A stretch of DNA of 64,000 bases. Origin: Eubacterium sp. (GTDB lineage: Bacteria; Bacillota; Clostridia; Lachnospirales; Lachnospiraceae). Positions 9,585-19,408 of the stretch are shown in pieces (within the stretch, counting starts at the first letter, position 1; each line of letters begins with the position of its first letter). The stretch is from contig JAILRZ010000049.1 in the NCBI GenBank assembly GCA_024697845.1, forward strand, positions 11,404-75,403. Reading direction: 5' to 3'. The notes under the pieces were generated by a model. The model saw nothing but the letters and a program-made list of their open reading frames with translations. It did not search any database and was not told the DNA's origin. The translations under genes and the position numbers were made by a program.

Positions 9585-10952
9585 CTAAAATAAATTTTCC
9601 GCTTTTTCCAACAGATATTCTTTTCGATTATTTTCCGGATTTTTCAAAACCAACTCCAGCAGTTCCTCCAGAACCTCTCCGATTTTTGTTCCCAGAGGGC
9701 ATCCGATGGCAATTAAATCCTTCCCGGAAATATCCATCTCTTTCATGGAAGTACAAATATGATTTTCCACAATCTGTTCATACTGTTCTTTCACATAAAG
9801 ATACTGTTCAAATCCGGCTTCCTTTCCGTAATCACTTTTCCCCTGAAAATCCGCATACACCAGATTCAGATAATCTTCGTAAAGATCCTTTCCAATCTTA
9901 TGAACGCTTCTTCGAACGGCTTCCGGGGTTTTTCCCAGTTTTGTATTCATTGGTCGGTCATCATGACACTCCACCAGTCTTGTCACTAATTTGATGGTCT
10001 TGTTATCCAGCTTCAATCTTCTTAATATTTCCGGAACCATCTTGCTTCCTGCGTAAGCATGTCCGTAAAAATGATCCCTTCCGTCTTTTGTAATTTTCTT
10101 CGCCGGCTTCCCTACATCGTGAAGAAGAGCCGCCCATCGCATTACCTTGGTGGCCGGTACATTTTTCATAACCTCTACCGTATGTTCTCCCACGTTGTAC
10201 CGATGATACGGCGTGTTCTGTTCACATTCCATCATCCTGTCAAACTCCGGCAATACAATGGCAGTTACGCCACTTTCATAAGCCACCACCAGTTTTTCCG
10301 GATGGGGCGACAAAATCAGTTTTTCCAATTCCGTATGGATTCGTTCCGCACTGATTTTTTCCAAAGTTGGTGCTAGTTCCTTAATTGCCTCGCTGGTACT
10401 TTTCGATACTTCAAATCCAAGCTGTGCCGAAAAACGAATTGCCCGCAAAATTCTCAACGCATCCTCGTGGAATCGTTGTTCTGCATCACCCACACAGGTA
10501 ATGCACTTTCTTTCCAGGTCCCCTATTCCGTCAAAAGCATCAATCAGTCCCACGGATGGATTATAAGCCATGGCATTGATTGTAAAATCCCTGCGTTTCA
10601 AATCCTCAATTAAATTCGCCGTATATTCCACGGAATCGGGATGGCGTCCATCAGAATATTCTCCGTCAATCCGATACGTTGTAACTTCATATCCTTCTCC
10701 GCCCAGACGAACAGTTACCGTTCCATGCTGCAATCCGGTATCAATGGTTTTATGAAAGATTTCTTTCACTTGCAGTGGTAATGCCGAAGTAGTAATATCC
10801 CAGTCATCCGGTGTTCTTCCAAGGATTGCATCCCGGACGCAACCGCCTACTGCAAAAGCCTCAAATCCATTTTCCTCTAATATCCTTAAAATTGTGCCGA
10901 CATTCTTTGGCACTTCTATTTTAAAATTTTTAATTCCCTGATACAGATTCAT
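9585..10952 (-). CDS. cca: CCA tRNA nucleotidyltransferase with HD domain
   Basis: VGGCVRD, DWDITT, RRDFTINA and EDALRILRA motifs; HD motif LLHDVGKP. Confidence 0.93.
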   Translation of the reverse strand: MNLYQGIKNFKIEVPKNVGTILRILEENGFEAFAVGGCVRDAILGRTPDDWDITTSALPLQVKEIFHKTIDTGLQHGTVTVRLGGEGYEVTTYRIDGEYSDGRHPDSVEYTANLIEDLKRRDFTINAMAYNPSVGLIDAFDGIGDLERKCITCVGDAEQRFHEDALRILRAIRFSAQLGFEVSKSTSEAIKELAPTLEKISAERIHTELEKLILSPHPEKLVVAYESGVTAIVLPEFDRMMECEQNTPYHRYNVGEHTVEVMKNVPATKVMRWAALLHDVGKPAKKITKDGRDHFYGHAYAGSKMVPEILRRLKLDNKTIKLVTRLVECHDDRPMNTKLGKTPEAVRRSVHKIGKDLYEDYLNLVYADFQGKSDYGKEAGFEQYLYVKEQYEQIVENHICTSMKEMDISGKDLIAIGCPLGTKIGEVLEELLELVLKNPENNRKEYLLEKAENLF

Positions 10953-12338
10953 TTATTCCTCCAAAGCATTGGCCATAATCTCCAATGCTTTTTTTAAATC
11001 TTCTTCATTTACCGCAGAATAATTCACAATAAACTGATGTTTAAAGTTGCCATCATCATTATAGCAGTATTCTGCAACAGTAGAAATATTAATTCCATTC
11101 TTTTTTAATTTCTCTACATATTTTCCATCTTCTATTTCCTGATGAATTTTCAGAATAAAATGCAACCCGGCATTTTCTTCTTCAATCGTAACTTTTTCCC
11201 ACAGTCTTGACTCCCTGATTGCCGTCAAAATATGGTTTCTGTATTCTCTGTAATAATTTCTCATTCGGTTGATATGTCGCTCATAATATCCCTGTTTAAT
11301 AAAATTTGCCAGAGTATATTGTTCGAAACCGGATACAGTGCTGGAATAGAAATCAAATTTTTCCCGAAAAACCTGCATTAACGGCTCTGGCAAAATCATA
11401 TAAGCGATTCGAATGGAAGGTGCCAAGGTCTTTGAGAATGTATTCATATAAATGACCCGTTCCTCATCAATGCTTGCCAGCGTTGGAATCGGTCTTCCAC
11501 TGAATCGGAATTCGCTGTCGTAATCATCTTCAATAATGTAAGTTTCATTTTCCCTTGCCCATTGAATCAGCTTATGCCGTCGATTTGCCGGCATCACGAT
11601 TCCCGTTGGGAAATGATGGGATGGAGAAATATGTACAGCCAATGCATTGCTTCCCCAAAGTTCCTCAATTTTCACACCATATCGATCCACCGGAATTCGA
11701 ACACAACGAATTCCGTTACTCTCATAAACCTTTCCGATTTTTTTGTGCCCCGGGTCTTCTACCGCAATCATAGAACTATGCCCCAGAATCTGCACAATCA
11801 ATCCGTAAAGGTATTCTGTTCCTGCACCAACAATAATGTTATTGGGATTCACACTGAGTCCCCTATACTTTTCCAAATGAAGGGCAATCACCTGCCTTAA
11901 CGGGGCTACCCCCTGGCTTTCCGGACTTTCCAGAAAAGACAGTTCCTGGTCTGCCAAAGTCTGGCGCATGACTTTGGACCAGGTAGAAAAAGGGAAATTG
12001 TCATATCGAATGTGGTTTGATTTAAAGTTGACTAACCAATCCTCCTTTTGGGGCTGTGTAACGGGAATCCGTTTTTTCTTTCCTTGAATATATTTTCCTC
12101 CAATATCACCGGCAAAAAATCCTCTCTTTTCTTCCGAATAAATATACCCCTCCGTCAACAGCTGAGCATAGGCATTTTCTACCGTAATAACACTGACTCC
12201 CTGGCTTTTGGCAAAAGCCCGCTTGGATGGCAGTTTTTCTCCCGGAGCAATTTTCCCAGTCAAAATATCATTCTTGATGCACACATACAAATATTCATAA
12301 ATGGGATGACTCCCTCTTTTATCCAAATCATAAATCAT
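10953..12338 (-). CDS. MocR/PdxR-family GntR regulator with PLP aminotransferase-like domain
   Basis: N-terminal wHTH (GEKLPSKRAFA...VENAYAQL); EDDYDSEF and TFSKTLAPSIR motifs; divergent from pdxK. Confidence 0.9.
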   Translation of the reverse strand: MIYDLDKRGSHPIYEYLYVCIKNDILTGKIAPGEKLPSKRAFAKSQGVSVITVENAYAQLLTEGYIYSEEKRGFFAGDIGGKYIQGKKKRIPVTQPQKEDWLVNFKSNHIRYDNFPFSTWSKVMRQTLADQELSFLESPESQGVAPLRQVIALHLEKYRGLSVNPNNIIVGAGTEYLYGLIVQILGHSSMIAVEDPGHKKIGKVYESNGIRCVRIPVDRYGVKIEELWGSNALAVHISPSHHFPTGIVMPANRRHKLIQWARENETYIIEDDYDSEFRFSGRPIPTLASIDEERVIYMNTFSKTLAPSIRIAYMILPEPLMQVFREKFDFYSSTVSGFEQYTLANFIKQGYYERHINRMRNYYREYRNHILTAIRESRLWEKVTIEEENAGLHFILKIHQEIEDGKYVEKLKKNGINISTVAEYCYNDDGNFKHQFIVNYSAVNEEDLKKALEIMANALEE

Positions 12339-12449
12339 AGCATTCCCTCTGACCTTATACATTTTTTCATTTTTGGTAATATCAATAATACCACATTTCT
12401 TTTATAATGCAATCATTGACGAAACAAAATTATGACGGAGGTTTCACTA

Positions 12450-13292
12450 ATGAAGCGATTAATGACAATTCAGGATATTTCATGTATTGGAAAGTGTTCT
12501 TTAACCGTAGCCCTTCCAATCATCTCTGCAATGGGCATTGAAACAGCCATTGTTCCCACTGCAGTCCTTTCAACCCATACACAATTTCCTAATTTTACAT
12601 TTCGGGATTTAACGGATGACCTGGAACCAATCAAAAATCACTGGAAAAAACAACAATTTGAGTTCAGCACCATTTATACCGGTTATCTGGGCTCTCATCG
12701 ACAGATTGAGATTGTTTCTGATTTCTTTGATACGTTTGGAAGCAAGGATAATTACATCGTGGTAGACCCTGCTATGGCAGAAGACGGTGTATTATATCCG
12801 GGATTCGATTCCCATTTTGCCAAAGAAATGAAGAAACTTTGTGGAAAGGCCGATATCATTTTGCCCAATATTTCCGAAGCCTGTTTGATGTTGGAAGAAC
12901 CATATCCCGGCGAAGATGCGTCCCTTGAATTTCTGCAAAGTCTGTTAAAGAAACTGGTAAAGCTCGGTTGTGAGACTGCAGTCATCACCGGTGTTTCTTT
13001 CCCGGATGGTACTTTGGGATTTCTTGGATACCATAAAAAAAATAAGGAATTTTTCAGTTATGGAACTGAAAAAATTCCTTATCGTTCTCATGGTACCGGA
13101 GATGTGTTCTCCAGTACATTTTCCGGAGCATTAACCAAAGGATTATCAATTGAGAATGCCTTAAAAATTGCTGCCGATTATACTTGTGCCTGTATCAGGA
13201 ATACCTTTAACGATCCTGAACATGTCACCTACGCAGTCAATTTCGAGGCTGAAATTCCTTATCTGCTCCGCTTGTTATCCATCACCACTTAA
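12450..13292 (+). CDS. pdxK: Pyridoxamine/pyridoxal kinase
   Basis: IQDISCIGKCSL, TGYLGS, VDPAMAE and HGTGDVFSS motifs; start at 12450 behind GGAGG. Confidence 0.9.
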   Translation: MKRLMTIQDISCIGKCSLTVALPIISAMGIETAIVPTAVLSTHTQFPNFTFRDLTDDLEPIKNHWKKQQFEFSTIYTGYLGSHRQIEIVSDFFDTFGSKDNYIVVDPAMAEDGVLYPGFDSHFAKEMKKLCGKADIILPNISEACLMLEEPYPGEDASLEFLQSLLKKLVKLGCETAVITGVSFPDGTLGFLGYHKKNKEFFSYGTEKIPYRSHGTGDVFSSTFSGALTKGLSIENALKIAADYTCACIRNTFNDPEHVTYAVNFEAEIPYLLRLLSITT

Positions 13293-14968
13293 TTATTGGT
13301 TTCAAAATTATAATTTTCTTTTATTGCAGTATTTAACTGCTCCTTAGCGGTAGCCAGCCGTTGATTAATTGATTTATCCCAATCAGCAAGTCTGGATTTC
13401 ACGTTATCAACCCAGTTTTTATCGGTCATCCAGCTGCTGGCTACTTTTTCATCCCATTTATTTTCCCACTCGTACATACATCTTTTGGTTTCGCCTTTTT
13501 CCACAATGGAAAGAGAAGTACATTTATCTGCAATATCCCAGGAATCTCCTGCTTCCCAGATTTGCAGAATCTTCTGCCACCCTTCTTTATCCTTGTATTT
13601 TTTATGTGCCTCTACCGCATTCCAGATTTCCATTTGTTCCTTATAAGCCTCTCCGTCTACTACTGGGAAGGAGTCTCCTGTTGTAGTTGCCTTGATTTCT
13701 CCTCCATCAGAATATTGCTGGTCAAAAATTGCCTTCTTTGCCTCTGTGCTGGCAGTCCAGTAGGTAGCAAATGCATAAGCAATATCTCTTTTCTGTTTTT
13801 CTTCCTCACTCCATTCTTTATTATTGTCATCTACTGCATAATTATGAATGCAAATCGGATCCATAATGACACGGATTGTGTTTTTACAATAATCTGTAGA
13901 TGGATACGGATATATATCCCAGTCTGCTGACTGAACATAGGTATCTGATTTTGATGCGGATTCATCTGCTGCAGCCGTAATATACCAAGGGTCTTCCGCA
14001 TCAGTCAAGGTTCTGTTCTTTGTAAAGAAATACCATGAATAGTCTGAGCATTCTTTCATAATTTCCAAAGATACATTTCCTGCTCCGTTATCAGTATCTA
14101 CTGTAGACTGGGACCATTCGTTTAAGTAAGTAAGCATACTCTTTACTTCGTCATTGTTTAGGTCCACCGTTCCCTGTTCCTTCAACTGCTTTATGATTTT
14201 CGTTGTTCCGATATCTACAATGCCTGCAGCCGTTCCCTTACTTCCCCAATAACTGGAATGGTCGGTGTTTGCCACAAATTCCGTATAATCATCCACATCC
14301 CAATCCGCATCAGGTACAGAAATATTTTTGCTTTGAGCCAGGGATTTGTTCACCCAGATTCCCGCAGGAATGGTATAAGACGGAAGTCCTGCCTGGAATC
14401 CATCATAGTTGATATTCTCCAACAACTCCTTTTTATAGGTTTTGTAAGTTTTGTCTTTTTGATATACTGATAAATCTGCCACCAGCCCTTTCTTGATATC
14501 ATTTGGCACATCTGTAGATGCCCAGATATCCGGATATTTTCCGTATGTGGCATGGAACGCCTCTATTTCCTGTTCCCATGTTGGTGTTCCAGGCTGATTA
14601 TCCGGATCTCCCATTTTTGACCAAAGATTCACTTTAATGTTTGGGTAAGACTCTTTAAACTTCTTTGCCACTGCATATACCTGGGCCACATTACTTGCCG
14701 TAATATCCTCCGGTTTCAAATTTTGACTGCCAATATCTTCATAATATTTTTCATCTCCTGCCCAAACCATAATGGATACTTCACCTTTGACATTTTTATC
14801 CTTCAAATTTGTTGCCCCTAATGCTGTCGTCGTTTTCCCCAACGCATCACTTTTCTTGTCGCCCTCTGGTCCCCCTGCTGCCCCTTTGGTGCATCCACTC
14901 ATCACCATTGTGACAGACAATGCCATTACCAGCATTTTCGTTCTCATTCTAAAATGTTTCGCCTTCAT
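13289..14968 (-). CDS. Extracellular solute-binding lipoprotein (carbohydrate ABC type)
   Basis: Lipobox MSGC; PNIKVNL, YPDIWAS, WDIYPYP and DPICI segments typical of sugar-binding proteins; no permease genes adjacent. Confidence 0.75.
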   Translation of the reverse strand: MKAKHFRMRTKMLVMALSVTMVMSGCTKGAAGGPEGDKKSDALGKTTTALGATNLKDKNVKGEVSIMVWAGDEKYYEDIGSQNLKPEDITASNVAQVYAVAKKFKESYPNIKVNLWSKMGDPDNQPGTPTWEQEIEAFHATYGKYPDIWASTDVPNDIKKGLVADLSVYQKDKTYKTYKKELLENINYDGFQAGLPSYTIPAGIWVNKSLAQSKNISVPDADWDVDDYTEFVANTDHSSYWGSKGTAAGIVDIGTTKIIKQLKEQGTVDLNNDEVKSMLTYLNEWSQSTVDTDNGAGNVSLEIMKECSDYSWYFFTKNRTLTDAEDPWYITAAADESASKSDTYVQSADWDIYPYPSTDYCKNTIRVIMDPICIHNYAVDDNNKEWSEEEKQKRDIAYAFATYWTASTEAKKAIFDQQYSDGGEIKATTTGDSFPVVDGEAYKEQMEIWNAVEAHKKYKDKEGWQKILQIWEAGDSWDIADKCTSLSIVEKGETKRCMYEWENKWDEKVASSWMTDKNWVDNVKSRLADWDKSINQRLATAKEQLNTAIKENYNFETNN

Positions 14969-15085
14969 AAAATCATTCCTCCTTCATTTTTCCTTCCTAC
15001 CTTCAATCCGGTAGGCATCCTCAGGCTCTCAACTTTATAAAGACATTTTAAAAGGCGAGTGCATCAAAAATGCATCCGCCTTCTT

Positions 15086-15796
15086 TTAATATACAACTTT
15101 AAAATAATATCTTATACCTTTTTCTTCCGGTGTTACCATTAGGGCAAGTTTTGCCTTTTCCGAGTACATCATCCATTCAATAGTTTGGTCATCTCGATCT
15201 CGAATTCCAATATACTGCTCATAGAGCAATTCCTGGTCTTCCAGGATTTCATATTCGTCACCATCAATCACAACAAAAAAAGACCAATCATCAATCACAT
15301 CCAGTCCCAGATATTTTAAATACTCGTTCATTCTCTTTTTTGCCGATTTTTCTCCGGTGTTCCAGAGCATGCTGTTGACATATTTCTTTTTGTTGTAATT
15401 CTCCGGTTGGCGCAAAACTTCAACTGCCTTCTTTAATTCCTTGTCATAGGTTAGCACTACCTGATCCTGTTCTCTTTTCTTGGTAATGGTTTCAAACCTG
15501 GATTCCTTTCCAGTGGTCTGTTCTCTAGAGGTATCCCCTCTTTTTTGCGTGGATAACTCCCCATCATATTCCACACCAATTTGATACGGACTGTTTAGAT
15601 ACCGGTGAATCACCCTGACTGCTTCAATATTTCGGATGTCTGTACTCAATCCATAAGTAATAGGTTCCATAAAAGTTCTGTTAATATATTTTTGATTATC
15701 ATCTTTTTTGTAAAGAGAGAACGGAATAATCATAATTCCAAAAACTACTGCAATTCCAATCAGATAATAAATCAGATTGACAAGTTGTCGTTTCAT
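15086..15796 (-). CDS. Hypothetical membrane-anchored protein, third gene of the two-component operon
   Basis: N-terminal TM helix; ATGA overlap with the kinase stop. Confidence 0.7.
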   Translation of the reverse strand: MKRQLVNLIYYLIGIAVVFGIMIIPFSLYKKDDNQKYINRTFMEPITYGLSTDIRNIEAVRVIHRYLNSPYQIGVEYDGELSTQKRGDTSREQTTGKESRFETITKKREQDQVVLTYDKELKKAVEVLRQPENYNKKKYVNSMLWNTGEKSAKKRMNEYLKYLGLDVIDDWSFFVVIDGDEYEILEDQELLYEQYIGIRDRDDQTIEWMMYSEKAKLALMVTPEEKGIRYYFKVVY

Positions 15797-17253
15797 TCTT
15801 CATCCCCCTCTCTCACTTCATCAGATTCCGGAGGAATTAGTATCAAAGTAACTTTCGTTCCTTCTCCCGGTTTGCTTTCAATGCTCATAGTGATATGAAG
15901 CACCTGGCAAATATTCCTGCAAATCGACAAGCCGACACCACTTCTTCCCTGGCGTCCGCTTCTGGATTTTTCAATTCGATAGAATGGCTGAAAGATTTTT
16001 TCAATTTCTTCCGGTTCCATTCCGCAACCGCTGTCCACAATTTGAACTTCGTAACAATCCTGTTCCAGATTCACTCTTCCATAAACCTGAACGAAATCCT
16101 CTTCTTTGTTCTTACAGGCACCATCTCCATTGTGAATGAGATTTTTCAAAAGTGTAATCAACAGTTCCACATCCGTTGCAATGGTAGCCTGTTCCAATTG
16201 AATGGATAATTTCGCATGCTCCATTTCACCCATACTGATATGTTCCAACTGCTCGGCAATCCATTCTGTCTGAACCTCTCTGATTTCCAACTGTTCTTCC
16301 AAAATTCCAAGCATTTTCAATAATTCATTGGACAACTTCTGCAATCTTTTACATTCCTGATAAATATATCCTAATGCTTTCTGACGCTGTTCTTCTTTTA
16401 GATTGCTTCCAAGAAGCATTTGGGAATATCCCATTACAGACGTCATAGGCGTTTTCAATTCATGGGAAAAGTCTGTGACAAACTGTTCCCTTGCTTCCAC
16501 TTCTTTTTTTAATTGAACAATATGTTGTTCAATGGCTTCTGCCATTCGGTCAAAGTTTCTACTGAGATCCCCGATTTCATCCTCATTTTTCATTCCGGTT
16601 CTCAGGTCATACTCTCCTTTTGCAATCTGCTTGGTTGTCTTGCTCAGTTTTCCGATTCGAATTGTAATCAGGTGAGCCATGACAAACAACAGTACAAAGG
16701 AAATCAGCATTCCAAAAATAACGATTTTTCGAAATTCTTCCATTTGCCGTTCTCTTTCCTGGAAAGTTTTACTGACATCATATCGATTCACAATTTTTAT
16801 TTTTGGATGATTCGGGTAAAAGTCAATCAACGAAGCAATTACCAGGTAATGTTTGTTTCCATTCTCATAAACCTCGTAGTGAACTACACCACTGGTTTCA
16901 ATATAGTTTTGCAGGGCATTATCAATCTCTTCAAAATTTTTGTAGAAGATTTCGCTTTCCGCCCGTTCTCCGATTTCAGCCAGAATCACTCCGGTATCCT
17001 TCAGACCATATTCTTCAATTTTTTTTTCGCATTTTTCCACCAGTTTCACAGAATAATTATCTTCTTTTTCTGCACTGCTTCGAACATTAGACTCCAATGC
17101 ATACCGATTGGAAATATGCTGCAATTTTCTGGTTTCCACCATATTGTCATAAGAAACCTGAAAGTTCTTCTGAATCATATAGGTTCCGCCAATGGAAAAA
17201 CACAGTGCCATGATCAACCAGGCACCTAAAATTATTTTTGTTGCAATTTTCAT
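15793..17253 (-). CDS. Sensor histidine kinase (HAMP-HisKA-HATPase)
   Basis: Two TM segments, HAMP (DEIGDLSRNFDRM), H-box FSHELKTPMT, DSGCG and GVGLSI boxes. Confidence 0.95.
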   Translation of the reverse strand: MKIATKIILGAWLIMALCFSIGGTYMIQKNFQVSYDNMVETRKLQHISNRYALESNVRSSAEKEDNYSVKLVEKCEKKIEEYGLKDTGVILAEIGERAESEIFYKNFEEIDNALQNYIETSGVVHYEVYENGNKHYLVIASLIDFYPNHPKIKIVNRYDVSKTFQERERQMEEFRKIVIFGMLISFVLLFVMAHLITIRIGKLSKTTKQIAKGEYDLRTGMKNEDEIGDLSRNFDRMAEAIEQHIVQLKKEVEAREQFVTDFSHELKTPMTSVMGYSQMLLGSNLKEEQRQKALGYIYQECKRLQKLSNELLKMLGILEEQLEIREVQTEWIAEQLEHISMGEMEHAKLSIQLEQATIATDVELLITLLKNLIHNGDGACKNKEEDFVQVYGRVNLEQDCYEVQIVDSGCGMEPEEIEKIFQPFYRIEKSRSGRQGRSGVGLSICRNICQVLHITMSIESKPGEGTKVTLILIPPESDEVREGDEE

Positions 17254-17915
17254 ACTTGCGAATCCTCGCTTAAAATGAATCCGATTTTCGGCAAAGTTCT
17301 AATTTCCTCTTTCAATCCCGTCTTGTTTCGGATTCTCTGAACATGAAGTTCCACCGTTCTGCTGTTTCCGGTGTACTCCGTCTCCCACACTTTTTCATAC
17401 AGGTCTTCTTTTTGAACCACTGTGTTTTTATTCTGCACCAAAACAACCAATAAACGAAATTCCTTTGGTGTCAGATTAATCAGTTCACTGTCCTTTTTCA
17501 CCTGATGTTTTCCCAAATCAATCTGCAAGTTCTGAAATTGCAGAATATTCGTTCCTTTCCCAAAGCGACGAAGGACCATCTCTACTCTGGCCTGTAATTC
17601 TCCTAGATCGAATGGCTTGGCAATGTAATCATCCGCCCCCATTCGAATCCCTTTGATTTTGTCTTTCACCGTATCTTTTGCAGTCAGAAAAATTACCGGA
17701 ATATTCATTGGTTCCAAATAAGCCATCAACTCATATCCATCAATTTTCGGAAGCATGATATCCAACAGAACCAGATCAAAGTTTTCCTCTTCAATCAAAT
17801 TTGCCGCAATCTCACCATCCGAAGCACAGACACAATCGTATCCCGCTCCGGTAAGATGCATTTCAATCATATCCGCAATAGCAATTTCATCCTCTACAAT
17901 CAGAATTCTATACAT
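17250..17915 (-). CDS. OmpR-family response regulator
   Basis: LIVEDE, LLDIMLP, FLTAK, KPF and C-terminal wHTH motifs. Confidence 0.95.
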   Translation of the reverse strand: MYRILIVEDEIAIADMIEMHLTGAGYDCVCASDGEIAANLIEEENFDLVLLDIMLPKIDGYELMAYLEPMNIPVIFLTAKDTVKDKIKGIRMGADDYIAKPFDLGELQARVEMVLRRFGKGTNILQFQNLQIDLGKHQVKKDSELINLTPKEFRLLVVLVQNKNTVVQKEDLYEKVWETEYTGNSRTVELHVQRIRNKTGLKEEIRTLPKIGFILSEDSQV

Positions 17916-17932
17916 TCCCCACTCCTAAGCTC

Positions 17933-19120
17933 TTACAAGTATTTCTTTAATACATCAACTTTGTCTGTAGCTTCCCAAGGAAGAGAAATGTCATTTCGTC
18001 CAAAATGACCGTAAGCTGCGGTCTGCTTATAAATCGGACGTCTAAGGTCTAACATTTTAATGATTCCTGCCGGACGGAGATCGAAGTTTTCACGAACGAT
18101 TTCCACCAGTTTTTCATCTGAAACCACACCGGTTTCGAAAGTATCTACCATGACAGATGTTGGCTGTGCCACACCAATTGCATAAGACAATTGGATTTCA
18201 CATTTCTTTGCCAAACCTGCTGCAACAATGTTCTTTGCTACATATCTTGCCGCATACGCTGCGGAACGGTCTACCTTGGTACAATCCTTTCCGGAGAAAG
18301 CTCCACCGCCGTGTCTTGCATATCCACCATAGGTATCTACAATAATCTTACGACCTGTAAGTCCTGAGTCACCCTGTGGTCCGCCAATTACAAATCGACC
18401 TGTTGGATTAATAAAGTACTTTGTATGTTCATCTACCATTTCCTGTGGAATCACCGCATCAATCACATATTTTCTGATATCTTCATGAATCTGTTCCTGT
18501 GTCACTTCCGGATTATGCTGTGTGGAAATTACAACTGCATCCACTCTGTATGGCTTTCCATCTTCATCATATTCCACAGTCACCTGGCTCTTTCCATCCG
18601 GACGAAGATACTCAAGGGTCCCGTTTTTACGAACTTCTGTTAACTTTCTTGTTAATTTGTGAGCCAATGAAATTGGGTAAGGCATGAATTCTTCTGTTTC
18701 ATCGGTTGCATATCCAAACATCATTCCCTGATCTCCGGCACCAATCGCTTCAATCTCATCATCACTCATTTTGTTTTCTTTTGCTTCTAATGCCTTGTCA
18801 ACACCCATAGCAATATCTGCCGACTGTTCATCCAATGCGGTAATGACGCCACAGGTATCACAGTCAAAACCATACTTCGCACGGTCATATCCGATTTCAC
18901 GAATGGTATCTCTTACAACTTTTTGAATATCAACATATCCCTTTGTTGTCACCTCTCCCATTACTAAAACCAATCCTGTGGTAATTGCTGTTTCACAGGC
19001 AACACGGCTGTTTGGATCCTGTCTCATTAATTCATCTAAAATGGCATCGGAAATCTGATCACAGATTTTATCCGGATGTCCTTCTGTTACAGATTCTGAA
19101 GTAAATAATCTCTTTTCCAT
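17933..19120 (-). CDS. metK: S-adenosylmethionine synthetase
   Basis: [17 protein letters not shown] and GGGAFSGKD motifs. Confidence 0.99.
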   Translation of the reverse strand: MEKRLFTSESVTEGHPDKICDQISDAILDELMRQDPNSRVACETAITTGLVLVMGEVTTKGYVDIQKVVRDTIREIGYDRAKYGFDCDTCGVITALDEQSADIAMGVDKALEAKENKMSDDEIEAIGAGDQGMMFGYATDETEEFMPYPISLAHKLTRKLTEVRKNGTLEYLRPDGKSQVTVEYDEDGKPYRVDAVVISTQHNPEVTQEQIHEDIRKYVIDAVIPQEMVDEHTKYFINPTGRFVIGGPQGDSGLTGRKIIVDTYGGYARHGGGAFSGKDCTKVDRSAAYAARYVAKNIVAAGLAKKCEIQLSYAIGVAQPTSVMVDTFETGVVSDEKLVEIVRENFDLRPAGIIKMLDLRRPIYKQTAAYGHFGRNDISLPWEATDKVDVLKKYL

Positions 19121-19206
19121 TGTTTTCTCCTTTTAATTTATTATTACTCTGTTGAACTGTTCCGGTATACTAAAATTGAGTTTCAATCTCTCGTATACAA
19201 AAAGAA

Positions 19207-19227
19207 AAGTCCACATAAAGTGGACTT
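19207..19227 (-). terminator. Expression-platform terminator of the SAM riboswitch
   Basis: AAGTCCAC-TTTAT-GTGGACTT hairpin followed by TTCTTTT on the minus strand, between aptamer and metK. Confidence 0.8.
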
Positions 19228-19247
19228 GAAATCAAGGTTATCAAATC

Positions 19248-19347
19248 CTCTTATTGATCAGCAAATGCTGCTCGGGTAGGCACCTTCCTCATCGGGGGTT
19301 GCCGTGGCTTCATCGATCCTTGTATCTCCGCCATCTCTTAATAAGAG
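19248..19347 (-). ncRNA. SAM-I (S-box) riboswitch
   Basis: Minus strand CTCTTATTAAGAGATGGCGGAG...GATGAAGCCACGGCAACC...GGTGCCTACCCGAGCAG...CTGATCAATAAGAG; P1 CTCTTATT/AATAAGAG; directly upstream of metK. Confidence 0.93.
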
Positions 19348-19369
19348 TAATATATTTCACACAGTGACT

Positions 19370-19398
19370 GTTATATCATTAGTTTTTATAGATGTCAA
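19370..19398 (-). promoter_or_regulatory. Sigma-A promoter of the SAM riboswitch-metK transcript
   Basis: TTGACA-N17-TATAAC with a TG extension. Confidence 0.8.
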
Positions 19399-19408
19399 CA
19401 AGTTTCCT

